Positions 26,906 through 35,914 of a stretch of 64,000 nt of DNA are shown here, one piece after another (positions within the stretch are counted from its first letter, which is position 1; each line of letters begins with the position of its first letter). The position numbers were made by a program, and so were the translations under genes. The DNA lies in sequence record PP942979.1; one strand, given 5' to 3'. The notes under the pieces were generated by a model that was not told where the DNA came from, ran no database searches, and saw only the letters and a program-made list of their open reading frames with translations.

Positions 26906-26950
26906 CTGGTCAAAATAGCCGTTCTTTTCAGTACCAGTTTATGTTATACT
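26900..26950 (+). promoter_or_regulatory. Box + extended -10 promoter
   Basis: AAATAACTGGTCAAAATAGCC ... TGT-TATACT. Confidence 0.8.
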
Positions 26951-26996
26951 GAGAGCGAGCGCTATTGCTCATAAAACTCAAGCTGAGGAGCTTAAC

Positions 26997-27314
26997 ATGT
27001 CATCTTCTACTACTCTGACTTTCATCTTCCCTGAAATGACCACTCTGGAAGTTTCTATCGGCAACGGCGTTGTGCCACAATATCTGGGTCTCGCGGAAAA
27101 CCGAGACATAACATTCAGCGACATTAAGGCGTTGCGCCTGATGCAAGACTCAAACGTTATCGGAGTAATGAGTCGCTTCGACCAGTCGATGCTGAATATG
27201 CTGATCGCTCGCCACGAAACGAACGAGCATATCCGCTGCCGTGACGCCATTGAGAATGGCAGCGAGTATTTCCCATCTACTTGTCTCTACCTGAAAGTAG
27301 CGCATCACCGCTAA
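26997..27314 (+). CDS. Hypothetical protein
   Basis: GAGGAG RBS, 105 aa. Confidence 0.75.
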   Translation: MSSSTTLTFIFPEMTTLEVSIGNGVVPQYLGLAENRDITFSDIKALRLMQDSNVIGVMSRFDQSMLNMLIARHETNEHIRCRDAIENGSEYFPSTCLYLKVAHHR

Positions 27315-27377
27315 GATTTGTGAAGGGCATTTGCGAGTGCCCTTTGAAAATCAAACCCACGTTCTGAGGAGAACAAA

Positions 27378-27734
27378 ATGACTTCTACTGAAATGCCACG
27401 CGATGCCCGTGCCTTTGACGACCTCGACAACAACGGCTTCTTGCGTATCACTAACTGCCTGTCGATCATTCTTTCTCGTGGCGACTTAGAACTCGTTACT
27501 GATATTGCAGATCGCACCGTCACAGTTAAGTATCGCACTGGCGCTGTGAACAAACTCGGACACGGACACGTTGTTCTGCGTTTCCCGTCTGAGGTCATTC
27601 AGTCTGATGTTCTTGAAGACTTCGAAGTGACCGTCGATAAAGACATTGTGATTCTTATCGAACGCCAGTACAGTTCGGCTGGAACGTTCCAGCGCATTGC
27701 AGGCGTGATTGAAGGTCTGATGTACAAACTGTGA
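27378..27734 (+). CDS. Hypothetical protein
   Basis: GAGGAG RBS, 118 aa. Confidence 0.75.
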   Translation: MTSTEMPRDARAFDDLDNNGFLRITNCLSIILSRGDLELVTDIADRTVTVKYRTGAVNKLGHGHVVLRFPSEVIQSDVLEDFEVTVDKDIVILIERQYSSAGTFQRIAGVIEGLMYKL

Positions 27735-27798
27735 TTGTTGCTCGCAGGTTCTTACGAGAGCCTGCTGTCAACATAACCCATAAGCTGAGGAGCTTAAC

Positions 27799-28203
27799 AT
27801 GAAACAGTACCCGCAACGTGGCCGTGTGTACACACTGAAAGAAATTGAGAACGACCTTGAACTGCGTGACACTCCGTTCTTGCGCTTCGTACCGCAGAAA
27901 GTACGTTACGTTGGAATGCCTGCTGGTATTCAGGTCATTCAGCAGGCGCACATTGCTGACCTGTCTGAGCTTGAGGGTTGGGCAGACACCAAATGGTCTT
28001 ACGTGCGTGAGACCGAAGAATGGATTCCGCTGTTCCGTGCTGTAGACGATGCTACAATCGAATCGCTCTGTGTTATCGAGCCTGACGTGTCGCAGTTCCG
28101 TTCTGACAACACGTTGTTCATCTACCCGAAAGGCACTGAGTGCAAACAGTATGATGGGTACGATGAAGCAGTTCACGGCGATCTGCTTGAACGCGACGAA
28201 TAA
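27799..28203 (+). CDS. Hypothetical protein
   Basis: GAGGAG RBS within a 20-nt block identical to that of 26997. Confidence 0.75.
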   Translation: MKQYPQRGRVYTLKEIENDLELRDTPFLRFVPQKVRYVGMPAGIQVIQQAHIADLSELEGWADTKWSYVRETEEWIPLFRAVDDATIESLCVIEPDVSQFRSDNTLFIYPKGTECKQYDGYDEAVHGDLLERDE

Positions 28204-28209
28204 CAAACA

Positions 28210-28240
28210 GGGATGCTCACGCTGGTGGGTGTCCCATTTT
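28210..28240 (+). terminator. Intrinsic terminator
   Basis: GGGATGCTCAC-GCTG-GTGGGTGTCCC then ATTTT. Confidence 0.65.
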
Positions 28241-28259
28241 ACGTTCAGGGAGGTTTCCT

Positions 28260-28712
28260 ATGGAAATGTTTGACCGCTCAAATGTGATAAGCGCAATCAT
28301 GCGCAACCTGAAAGACGTGCGTAAGATAAAAGACCTGCGCACGTTCGACGACAAGGTTTACTTTCGGCTTAACGACAAAGACTACTTTGTTTCTGGCAAA
28401 CACCCAGAGTTGAAAGTTGTCTGTCAAGGTCAGTACGACTACGAGATGATGGCACAACTCAACTTTGTGTATCGTCGTAAGATGAAGCCCAACACTGATA
28501 CGCCGATGCGCCTTGCTCGTATCGCTATGGGTGTGACGCTTGTTCAGGTAGCCAAAGAGATCGATGTAGATGCAGGCAACCTGAGCCGTATCGAACGGGG
28601 CATTCAGATCCCGGCGATGGAGGTAGCAGAGCGCATCGCCAAGTATTTCAATAACACAATAACAGCCATTCAAATTTGTCATCCAACTTATAAGGGAAAA
28701 ACTAATGCTTAG
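28260..28712 (+). CDS. XRE/Cro-CI-type HTH protein with extra N-terminal domain
   Basis: MRLARIAMGVTLVQVAKEIDVDAGNLSRIERGIQIPAMEVAERIAKYF. Confidence 0.85.
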   Translation: MEMFDRSNVISAIMRNLKDVRKIKDLRTFDDKVYFRLNDKDYFVSGKHPELKVVCQGQYDYEMMAQLNFVYRRKMKPNTDTPMRLARIAMGVTLVQVAKEIDVDAGNLSRIERGIQIPAMEVAERIAKYFNNTITAIQICHPTYKGKTNA

Positions 28713-29244
28713 CCAAATCACTCATATCATCCAAGTGATGATGACCAGCCTGAAAGATGTTCGTGCTGTCGAAGAAGTTCGTATCATCGGAGACAAAGCT
28801 GTACGTTTCCGTACTAACGGCAAAACGTTTGACGTGCGTGGTCATTACCCGCTGTTCTGTGTGCATGAGATTGAAGGCTCCTGCATGTGTGGATCGAAAG
28901 ATGCCTACGAGATCGAACGTCAACTCAACGGCGGACCTATTGAAAGTCAGGACGAAGAAGCCTTCGCGCATGACTCCCACGAAGAAGCGGTTAACGATCT
29001 GCTATGCAATCACGTTGATAGCATGGAAGAAGATCGTGTACGCGCATACAATGAAGAATGCGGCGGTCCTGACTTGGACCCAATCAACGGTCAACGCGTT
29101 TGGTTGAAAGCACACTTCATCCATATCAGTGCGGAAATCCCAAGCATGTTGGAGACCGTGATGTTCATGGAAGGTAAAGAGCGCTACGAGCAACTGCGTC
29201 GCGCAATCAAAGAGATTTACTCACCTAAACCAAAAGTAGCCTAA
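28705..29244 (+). CDS. Hypothetical protein; N-terminal domain paralogous to 28260
   Basis: Shared LKDVR...DK..FR.N.K.F.V.G..P pattern. Confidence 0.75.
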   Translation: MLSQITHIIQVMMTSLKDVRAVEEVRIIGDKAVRFRTNGKTFDVRGHYPLFCVHEIEGSCMCGSKDAYEIERQLNGGPIESQDEEAFAHDSHEEAVNDLLCNHVDSMEEDRVRAYNEECGGPDLDPINGQRVWLKAHFIHISAEIPSMLETVMFMEGKERYEQLRRAIKEIYSPKPKVA

Positions 29245-29256
29245 GAGGAAGTAGCA

Positions 29257-29694
29257 ATGAGCGAAATAGATATTCTGATCCGAGAGTTTGAGCGGGCGTA
29301 TCTCAAGTCACTGGAATCACCTTGGGGTAACGTTGCGTATCATGTTCACGACCTGCACCCTGAGATGAAGAACATCCAACTGTACTTGCGCTTTCGCACC
29401 CAGTTTCAATGTCTCTGGAATCGACCTGTGCTAGTGTTGTCAACAATCAACGTGACAAATCCGGGACAAGGCGAGTTCTCGAAGTTACTCGCACGTACCA
29501 AAGAGATGTGTCGTCAGCGTGATTGGATTCTGCAAGTCGAAAACGTCCTGACGCCGAAGTTTAGAAAGTTTCTACAGCGTGGTGGATTCAAACCATTCGG
29601 CATTGATAAAGACGTGCCAATCGGTAGCCTCTATTGGTTCCACGACGAAACAATCCCGCAGCAATGTGCGATGTACAGGGAGAGAGGTGTATGA
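29257..29694 (+). CDS. Possible GNAT-fold acetyltransferase
   Basis: INVTNPGQGEFSKLL...VENVLTPKFRKFLQRGGF resembles GNAT motifs A and B. Confidence 0.5.
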   Translation: MSEIDILIREFERAYLKSLESPWGNVAYHVHDLHPEMKNIQLYLRFRTQFQCLWNRPVLVLSTINVTNPGQGEFSKLLARTKEMCRQRDWILQVENVLTPKFRKFLQRGGFKPFGIDKDVPIGSLYWFHDETIPQQCAMYRERGV

Positions 29695-30134
29695 CAATCT
29701 GGTGGCCAACTATTCTAATCTGCTTAACGCCGCTGGCTGCCTGCTATGCCACTATCCCATGGTTCCGCGCTGCTGTTGATAGGCGCCTGCGATTTAAGTC
29801 TATGGACTATGATGCCTTGACTGAAATCTTTGATGATGGCATGCCTGAGCGTATGCGCATCGAATGTCTACAGGCAAAGTACAACGCGCACCAAGCGGAC
29901 CATTCTTATGTGGATATTTATCCGCACAAAGAGGGTGTCGCAACTATTCGCTTTCATGTTGACCCTGAGTTTCCTATCGCACGTATGTTTCATGATGTGC
30001 TGGTGGGCAACTACAATGCTCTGGGAATCAAAACAAAGAAGGCGCCAGTGATAAGCATCAATCAGTCTGTGTATCGTGTGCTTGATTTTGAGTATGACGA
30101 TCAGTACCTGTTGATTTACGTGAAACACAACTAA
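29691..30134 (+). CDS. Hypothetical protein with N-terminal hydrophobic segment
   Basis: GAGGTG RBS; MTIWWPTILICLTPLAACY. Confidence 0.7.
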   Translation: MTIWWPTILICLTPLAACYATIPWFRAAVDRRLRFKSMDYDALTEIFDDGMPERMRIECLQAKYNAHQADHSYVDIYPHKEGVATIRFHVDPEFPIARMFHDVLVGNYNALGIKTKKAPVISINQSVYRVLDFEYDDQYLLIYVKHN

Positions 30135-30143
30135 GGCATTATC

Positions 30144-30443
30144 ATGGTCACCCAACAACAACTCAAAGAGTTTTCTGCATTGCCTTCTCTTGACAGGAAA
30201 GTGTTTCTGCGTAGTAAGCAAGTAGAGATGTTGGGTGCCCTCCCTGATGTCGAAGCGATAGTTCGTGAGATGTTGTATCGCGCTATCGTGGTGGACGTAG
30301 CCCAAGCGGAGATGGCACTCCTAGCAGCACGTCAGATGTGCAAGAACAAGGATGTCAGACAAGCCATAGACGAACTACTTCAATTCGCGGCGAAGATACA
30401 TGATGCCGCAACTGATACCCTTTTCCTTGGAGATATAGCATGA
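30144..30443 (+). CDS. Hypothetical protein
   Basis: 99-aa ORF in operon. Confidence 0.7.
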   Translation: MVTQQQLKEFSALPSLDRKVFLRSKQVEMLGALPDVEAIVREMLYRAIVVDVAQAEMALLAARQMCKNKDVRQAIDELLQFAAKIHDAATDTLFLGDIA

Positions 30444-31498
30444 ATACCATTTCTGGCGCAATGATTGACGAAGACGTTCTCGATTGGCTCGACAACTTCA
30501 ACATGCACAAGCAGAAGAATATCTGCGAAGCAATTAACCAACTGGCGTATGCTAACCGTACCGAGCTGTCTATTCCAAACATGGACTCGGACGAAGATAT
30601 TGCAGCGCTGTCTCACTCTGACCTCTTCAAAATCTTAACGCTGGCCAGCCCGAACGCGAAGTACGATCTTACTCTGTCTAACGTTCAACTGTTGGGTCTG
30701 GCAATGGGTGCAATGGGTGTCATTGAATACTCTATGCCGGAACTTAACAGCCCGGTTATGATCGCTCGCAAGTTTGCAGACATGCGCCGCAAGAACATCA
30801 TCGGCTCTACTGGTGACCGCGATAAGATCATCAGGGCGCTTAATGAGTGGGTGTGTGGCCTGCGTGATATTGATTTGTCGAACGCTGGTGCAGACGAAAC
30901 GCCTGAGCAAGCGGGCATGTATCTGTGCGTAGACGAACACGAACAAGTTCGTTACGGTCGCCTGTACCCGAACAGTAGTGAAGGTTTAACGTTCTGTGAA
31001 TCGTATGCAGACGGTGGATCGACTATGTGGTACAGCGGCAACACTGAGCATACCACCGAAGATGACCTGCCGATAACGTTGCTGACTCATTGGGTACTGG
31101 TATCAGAGTGGCATAGCCCGAACGTTAAAGCCGCGCAGAAAGTTATTCCTATGGAAGTGCGTGACACACATCGCATCTTTATGTTCCTGCGCGGACTCAG
31201 CCCGCATGTGAAAGCAGAGCTGGTGGCACACTTCGACGGCGTACTCGACTATAAAGACCCAACGTCCGTTGACGCTATCGGTCGCCTGACTGAACACGAC
31301 TGGCAGATGGCTGCGATAAGTATTGCAGATGACAACAAACTTCCTGAAGGTGCCTCGGCGTGGAAAGAAGTGACAGCGTGGGTCTGCTTCGTAGCGTCGC
31401 TTGAATCTTTGGGTTTCAATTTTCAAACACGTCAGTTTGACCCGCAGTTCGACTATCAGGCAAACGACGATGACCTGGAGGAAGACGACGAAGAATGA
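30440..31498 (+). CDS. Hypothetical protein with acidic tail
   Basis: GGAG RBS, 352 aa. Confidence 0.8.
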   Translation: MNTISGAMIDEDVLDWLDNFNMHKQKNICEAINQLAYANRTELSIPNMDSDEDIAALSHSDLFKILTLASPNAKYDLTLSNVQLLGLAMGAMGVIEYSMPELNSPVMIARKFADMRRKNIIGSTGDRDKIIRALNEWVCGLRDIDLSNAGADETPEQAGMYLCVDEHEQVRYGRLYPNSSEGLTFCESYADGGSTMWYSGNTEHTTEDDLPITLLTHWVLVSEWHSPNVKAAQKVIPMEVRDTHRIFMFLRGLSPHVKAELVAHFDGVLDYKDPTSVDAIGRLTEHDWQMAAISIADDNKLPEGASAWKEVTAWVCFVASLESLGFNFQTRQFDPQFDYQANDDDLEEDDEE

Positions 31499-31701
31499 AC
31501 AGACGAATGATCGCTTTGCTTGCGCTGGTGATCTTCTGCTTGGTGGGAGCAGTTGCTTCCGCCGAAGCAGCAAACCACTACAACATTATGTTGTGTCTTG
31601 GCCTGACACTTATGTTTCTGGCAGGCTTCTTTATCTGTGTAGAATGTTTCCGTAAGACTTCGTGGGAACAACAAAACAAAAAGGACAAAAAGAATGGCTA
31701 A
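31495..31701 (+). CDS. Small membrane protein (two hydrophobic segments)
   Basis: ALLALVIFCLVGAVA and IMLCLGLTLMFLAGFFICV. Confidence 0.7.
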   Translation: MNRRMIALLALVIFCLVGAVASAEAANHYNIMLCLGLTLMFLAGFFICVECFRKTSWEQQNKKDKKNG

Positions 31702-32227
31702 ATCACTCGGCGTTTACCTGACGTATGTTCTGCGCCACAAGCCTCAGGATATTGGTATCGCTATGGACACGCAGGGCTGGGTGTCGGTCTCTGACCTGTT
31801 AGAGAAAGCGAAGTATGTTAAGCCAGTCACTCTCGATATGTTAGTCGCAGAAGTAGACGCAGACGAGAAGGGTCGCTTTGAGTTCAATCGTGACCAGACA
31901 AAGATTCGCTGTGTTCAGGGGCACTCGGTCGAGCATGTTATCATCAACATGGAAGAATGGACTGAGTTGGCTCCACTGTATCACGGCACGGCAGAAAAGA
32001 ACGTGTCGTCAATCATGCACGAAGGTATTCTGAAACGCAAACGCAAGCACGTCCATATCAGCAACGATATTGAAACGGCGCAGCGTGTTGGTCAACGTCA
32101 CGGAGAACCTGTTGTGTTTGAGATTGACGCTCGGGCCATGATCACTCACGGCTACAAGTTCTACCGAGCAGAAAACGGTGTTATCCTAACTGACCACGTA
32201 CCGTCCCGATATATCAAGTTGGTGTAG
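31694..32227 (+). CDS. kptA: RNA 2'-phosphotransferase (Tpt1/KptA family)
   Basis: YVLRH.P..IGI.MD.QGWV, KGRFE, IRCVQGHS, LYHGT, RKHVHIS, G.RHG, NGV.LT..VP. Confidence 0.92.
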   Translation: MAKSLGVYLTYVLRHKPQDIGIAMDTQGWVSVSDLLEKAKYVKPVTLDMLVAEVDADEKGRFEFNRDQTKIRCVQGHSVEHVIINMEEWTELAPLYHGTAEKNVSSIMHEGILKRKRKHVHISNDIETAQRVGQRHGEPVVFEIDARAMITHGYKFYRAENGVILTDHVPSRYIKLV

Positions 32228-32229
32228 TT

Positions 32230-32631
32230 ATGGAAAAGACGTACATGAGTCATTGGGGATCGCGCTATGTGCGGTCGTCATCGGGACGATGGTTCTCAGT
32301 TCATGGACGTGAAGGAACAATGGTGACCAATCGGTATGGAACGACGTTCTACCGTAGCGGTTCAGAAGTGTGGCGCGACATAACCAAAGGGTGGGAGATA
32401 GCTCTGGAGCGCGAACTGCATAGTCGAACTCGAAAGGACTTTGAGGCGATTAATGAGAAGTTCCTTCACTGGGGTAAGATAATCAGAACGATGATTGAGC
32501 AAGGGATCGCAGAGAACAACCAGCATACTCAAGACTTAGCTGAGATGCTTGAGGCGCAGCGCATCAAATCTTACGGACCCAAAATCGAGCAACTACGCAT
32601 AATACTGGATGAAACAGCCATTAAAAGCTGA
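32230..32631 (+). CDS. Hypothetical protein
   Basis: 133-aa ORF. Confidence 0.7.
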   Translation: MEKTYMSHWGSRYVRSSSGRWFSVHGREGTMVTNRYGTTFYRSGSEVWRDITKGWEIALERELHSRTRKDFEAINEKFLHWGKIIRTMIEQGIAENNQHTQDLAEMLEAQRIKSYGPKIEQLRIILDETAIKS

Positions 32632-32649
32632 GTCTGATTGTGTTATAAT
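32599..32649 (+). promoter_or_regulatory. Box + extended -10 promoter overlapping the end of the upstream CDS
   Basis: ATAATACTGGATGAAACAGCC ... TGT-TATAAT at the conserved spacing. Confidence 0.65.
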
Positions 32650-32698
32650 AGAGATGAACGCTAGACATTCGTTTAGCTACTTACATGAGGATATGTAT

Positions 32699-33034
32699 AT
32701 GAAAAAGTCAAAAGTTAAAGCAGAAGTTGTTGCACCTACTATTGAAGGCCGCCCATTCACTTTGTACAACGCCTCGCCTATTCCTGAGGTATCAGAAACA
32801 CCATTCGCTGATCGTGATACATTTCTTCCTATGCTGCGTAAAGTTCAGGACGCTGCTCAACTGGAACGCATTCGTGGTTTATCCTGCTGTCCGTATTGCC
32901 GTGAGACAATGATGCTTGGTGAATACACCAAAGACAACTGGCTCTGGTCATACTGCTATCAGCACATGATTGAGCACCACAACGTAACGCCGTCCGCAGA
33001 ATTTATTGCTTACGTCGAAGCTGCTTCCAAGTAA
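32699..33034 (+). CDS. Hypothetical protein with CCPYC and H...H residues (possible metal binding)
   Basis: TGAGG RBS before MKKSKV. Confidence 0.7.
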   Translation: MKKSKVKAEVVAPTIEGRPFTLYNASPIPEVSETPFADRDTFLPMLRKVQDAAQLERIRGLSCCPYCRETMMLGEYTKDNWLWSYCYQHMIEHHNVTPSAEFIAYVEAASK

Positions 33035-33060
33035 CCTGAAATTTAGCTGAGGATATGTAC

Positions 33061-34467
33061 ATGAAAAAGATTAAACACACCTTCCGCCTGACTGACTTGG
33101 TTCGTATTGCCGATGAACTTCCTTCGACCAAGAGCGCTTTCACTTCTGGTGAAGATGCAATTGTTGTTGGTCGTGATGAAACAGAAGATAAGTATAAACT
33201 TCACATCAAGCATGAAGGCGAATGTGCTTGGTATCACGCAGAGCACCTGACGCTGATTAAACACAATCAGAGCGAATTGCTCGACAAGTGGGAAGCCGGT
33301 AAGTACGGCAAGAAGAAAAAGAAAGAGCGCAAGATTCCTGACGAACTGCGCAACTTCACCGCTATTCTGCCTGTGACCTGTAACGCTGATTGCTCTTTCT
33401 GTCCTGAGAAAGAGATGGAGAATAAAGCAGATCAGAAAGCGTGGTCAAACAATCTGATTGCTGCGATTAAGGCACATGGCCATCGCGTTGACCACGTATC
33501 AATCTCTGGCGGTGAGCCTACACTTCGCATGAAGTACCTGTTCGAAACGATCGACCGCATTCGTGCTGAAACAGGTATGCGTAAAGTGGGTCTGACTTCT
33601 AACGGTCAGTTCCTTGAGAAGCACAATCAAACAATGACGTTCCTCGATCTTAACACGGACGAGATGCTGGAGAGCAAGCTATCGCATCTGAATATCAGTA
33701 TGCACTCATTCGACCGTGAGAAAGCAAACAAGATCATGGGCGTCAAGTATACGTGGACGATTGAAGACCTGGTTCGCTTCCGCCGTCAGTTAGGGCGCAA
33801 GCTGAGTTTCCACATCAACTTCGTTATCAACAAAGAGAACATCGACAGCATCGAGTGGGAGTTTCGTCAGGCAAACGAGTTCATGAAAGCAAACCCGTGG
33901 ATAGACGTTGTGTTCCGTGTTGACTACGACAATAAGAAACTAAGCAAAGAACTGCGCAAGTATGGTCAAGCTGTACAGGCTGCGCGTGAAGAAAAGCGTC
34001 CGCGTGATAAGAGCATCAAGTATACTCCTAAGAAAGTCAAAGAACCTGAACTGATTAAACTGTTCAACTCTATCTTTGACGGCAGCTATTACGACGAACT
34101 GACGGAAGAAACTCTGCCTGGTTTCGGTGACACGTTTACTACAGGCTGCCCGTCCTGCTTCACGCATCGTAGTACCGATCTCGGTAACAGCTTTGCGTAT
34201 CTGAAAGCGTCTTCATACGAACCGAACGAAGACGAAGAAGAATATACTGAGATGGTATTCCACATGGACGGCAGCCTGTACTTCGACTGGTCGCGCAAAG
34301 AGCCTGTACCAGAAGTGAAAGCGAAGAAGGCTAAACCTCTGCCTCGTTTGAAGAAAGCTAAGAAGGCTGAACCGAAAGGTTATCCTGATAGCTGCGACTT
34401 TGGTTCTTCTCGTTGTGGATTCACTGGCGGTAACGGGCGTTGTGGTTTCGGTAGCGGCATGTGCTAA
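33061..34467 (+). CDS. Radical SAM protein with N-terminal extra domain and Cys/Gly-rich C-terminal tail
   Basis: CNADCSFC (CX3CX2C), ISGGEPTL, TSNG, LNISMHS. Confidence 0.85.
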   Translation: MKKIKHTFRLTDLVRIADELPSTKSAFTSGEDAIVVGRDETEDKYKLHIKHEGECAWYHAEHLTLIKHNQSELLDKWEAGKYGKKKKKERKIPDELRNFTAILPVTCNADCSFCPEKEMENKADQKAWSNNLIAAIKAHGHRVDHVSISGGEPTLRMKYLFETIDRIRAETGMRKVGLTSNGQFLEKHNQTMTFLDLNTDEMLESKLSHLNISMHSFDREKANKIMGVKYTWTIEDLVRFRRQLGRKLSFHINFVINKENIDSIEWEFRQANEFMKANPWIDVVFRVDYDNKKLSKELRKYGQAVQAAREEKRPRDKSIKYTPKKVKEPELIKLFNSIFDGSYYDELTEETLPGFGDTFTTGCPSCFTHRSTDLGNSFAYLKASSYEPNEDEEEYTEMVFHMDGSLYFDWSRKEPVPEVKAKKAKPLPRLKKAKKAEPKGYPDSCDFGSSRCGFTGGNGRCGFGSGMC

Positions 34468-34482
34468 TAGGAAAAACTAAAA

Positions 34483-35088
34483 ATGGCTACTCAATTAGAA
34501 GTGAACAAGTTCCTGACCGAGTTTGAAAAGAAATTCCGTCAATCTATCCCGCTGCTTGGGCAGGAAGAGTTCTTTGCTTGTGTGCTTGAGCAAACCAATC
34601 GTGAAAGCTACATCGTGTGTCTTGAGGACGAATCGCTTCTTGAGATGTTTGAGCAGGAAGAGTCTGGCCCGTTAAGTGGTTTCGAGTTCCTTGAAAACGA
34701 ACTAGATCGGATAGAAGCTGAGTTGGACCAAGACCCTGGCTTCCGCGTTCTGCGTATTGCGTTTGCAAACTGGGCAGGAACAACCAAAGAGCTGGAGAAC
34801 ATTATGCTCTGTGTTATGGACGAGATGGGTTTTGATCTGGATGATCATCCTGAACTTATTATTGAACCTGTGGTTGAAATCAAACTGAATGCAGACGAAT
34901 TGAAAGCACTGTTCTCGGTAGTTCAGGAATATACAGGACCCGAAGTTCATCGTCTGTATGCGATGTATATCGTTCGTAAGCTGGAGCGTGTTGCTACAGG
35001 CCGTCCTCTGCTAGAGAAGTTCGCGTACCTCAATAAGTCTAGCAGTGAACAGGAACTCAAGACCGTTCTTGCTGAGATGGGAGAATAG
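34483..35088 (+). CDS. Acidic hypothetical protein
   Basis: 201-aa ORF. Confidence 0.75.
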   Translation: MATQLEVNKFLTEFEKKFRQSIPLLGQEEFFACVLEQTNRESYIVCLEDESLLEMFEQEESGPLSGFEFLENELDRIEAELDQDPGFRVLRIAFANWAGTTKELENIMLCVMDEMGFDLDDHPELIIEPVVEIKLNADELKALFSVVQEYTGPEVHRLYAMYIVRKLERVATGRPLLEKFAYLNKSSSEQELKTVLAEMGE

Positions 35089-35089
35089 C

Positions 35090-35446
35090 ATGACTCGTAA
35101 CTTTTACTATCACAGTCCGTTCTACTACGGGCTTATCGTATGGCGCAGGCGCCTCGCTATTACAGGCGCTATGCTGATTGCTATTCTGATCATGCACGGC
35201 CGTTCAGCGCCTGCTGTTGAGGACATGTGGTTCTGGACAGGCATCATCTTCGGTCTTGTTGGCGGTGTATGCTACATTCGCATGTGGTCTTATGAGCAAT
35301 ACCTGCTCGCTGCAATGGGCCCGCTTGATAACAACACTATTGTGGGTTCGTTGAACTTCGATAAGATCGAACGTAAACACGCAGTCTGGTACGAGAAGAA
35401 GTTTGGCTGCAAGCCTCCTAAAACTAACACATGGAGTATCGACTGA
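35090..35446 (+). CDS. Membrane protein (two hydrophobic segments)
   Basis: GGAG RBS; LAITGAMLIAILIM and FWTGIIFGLVGGVCY. Confidence 0.7.
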   Translation: MTRNFYYHSPFYYGLIVWRRRLAITGAMLIAILIMHGRSAPAVEDMWFWTGIIFGLVGGVCYIRMWSYEQYLLAAMGPLDNNTIVGSLNFDKIERKHAVWYEKKFGCKPPKTNTWSID

Positions 35447-35913
35447 TGCCTCGCATGTTCACTGATACACACCGTAAGAAATACTTTCGCCGTGCTGATG
35501 ACCCGCAATATCATGGTCACAAGTGCGAGGGCATTTACCGTGAAGCAATGGCGACGCTACAGAATCTGCATTATTACAAGCAAGCCATTGGTGCGATGCG
35601 TATGCGCGAGCGTATGACTGTAGATACGTCTCGAAAGTTTCAAGAGTGGGAACGTCTCGGTACGTTGATTAAAGGCAATCCGAGTTATGAGGAATTGCGT
35701 TCAGCGGTCAACATGTGTGCGTTCAGGCTCAAGCGTCTTCGCATTGAATATACCGAAGAGCATTCACGGCGACACAATCAACCACTGAGTTTTGAAGTGA
35801 GAGATGCGGACAACAATCGCGTTGACGTGTTCGTGACTCACGAAGCAGCGAGATACTGCAAACTGCACTCTGGTCTCGGTGCAAACATCATTCGTTATGA
35901 GGAACAGAAATAA
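35446..35913 (+). CDS. Hypothetical protein
   Basis: TGATG coupling. Confidence 0.7.
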   Translation: MPRMFTDTHRKKYFRRADDPQYHGHKCEGIYREAMATLQNLHYYKQAIGAMRMRERMTVDTSRKFQEWERLGTLIKGNPSYEELRSAVNMCAFRLKRLRIEYTEEHSRRHNQPLSFEVRDADNNRVDVFVTHEAARYCKLHSGLGANIIRYEEQK

Positions 35914-35914
35914 A

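Noticed and set aside
31495-31701. Small membrane proteins (31495, 35090, 38167, 45341, 49164) as holins
   Set aside because: Hydrophobic segments alone are not diagnostic; no family motif recognised
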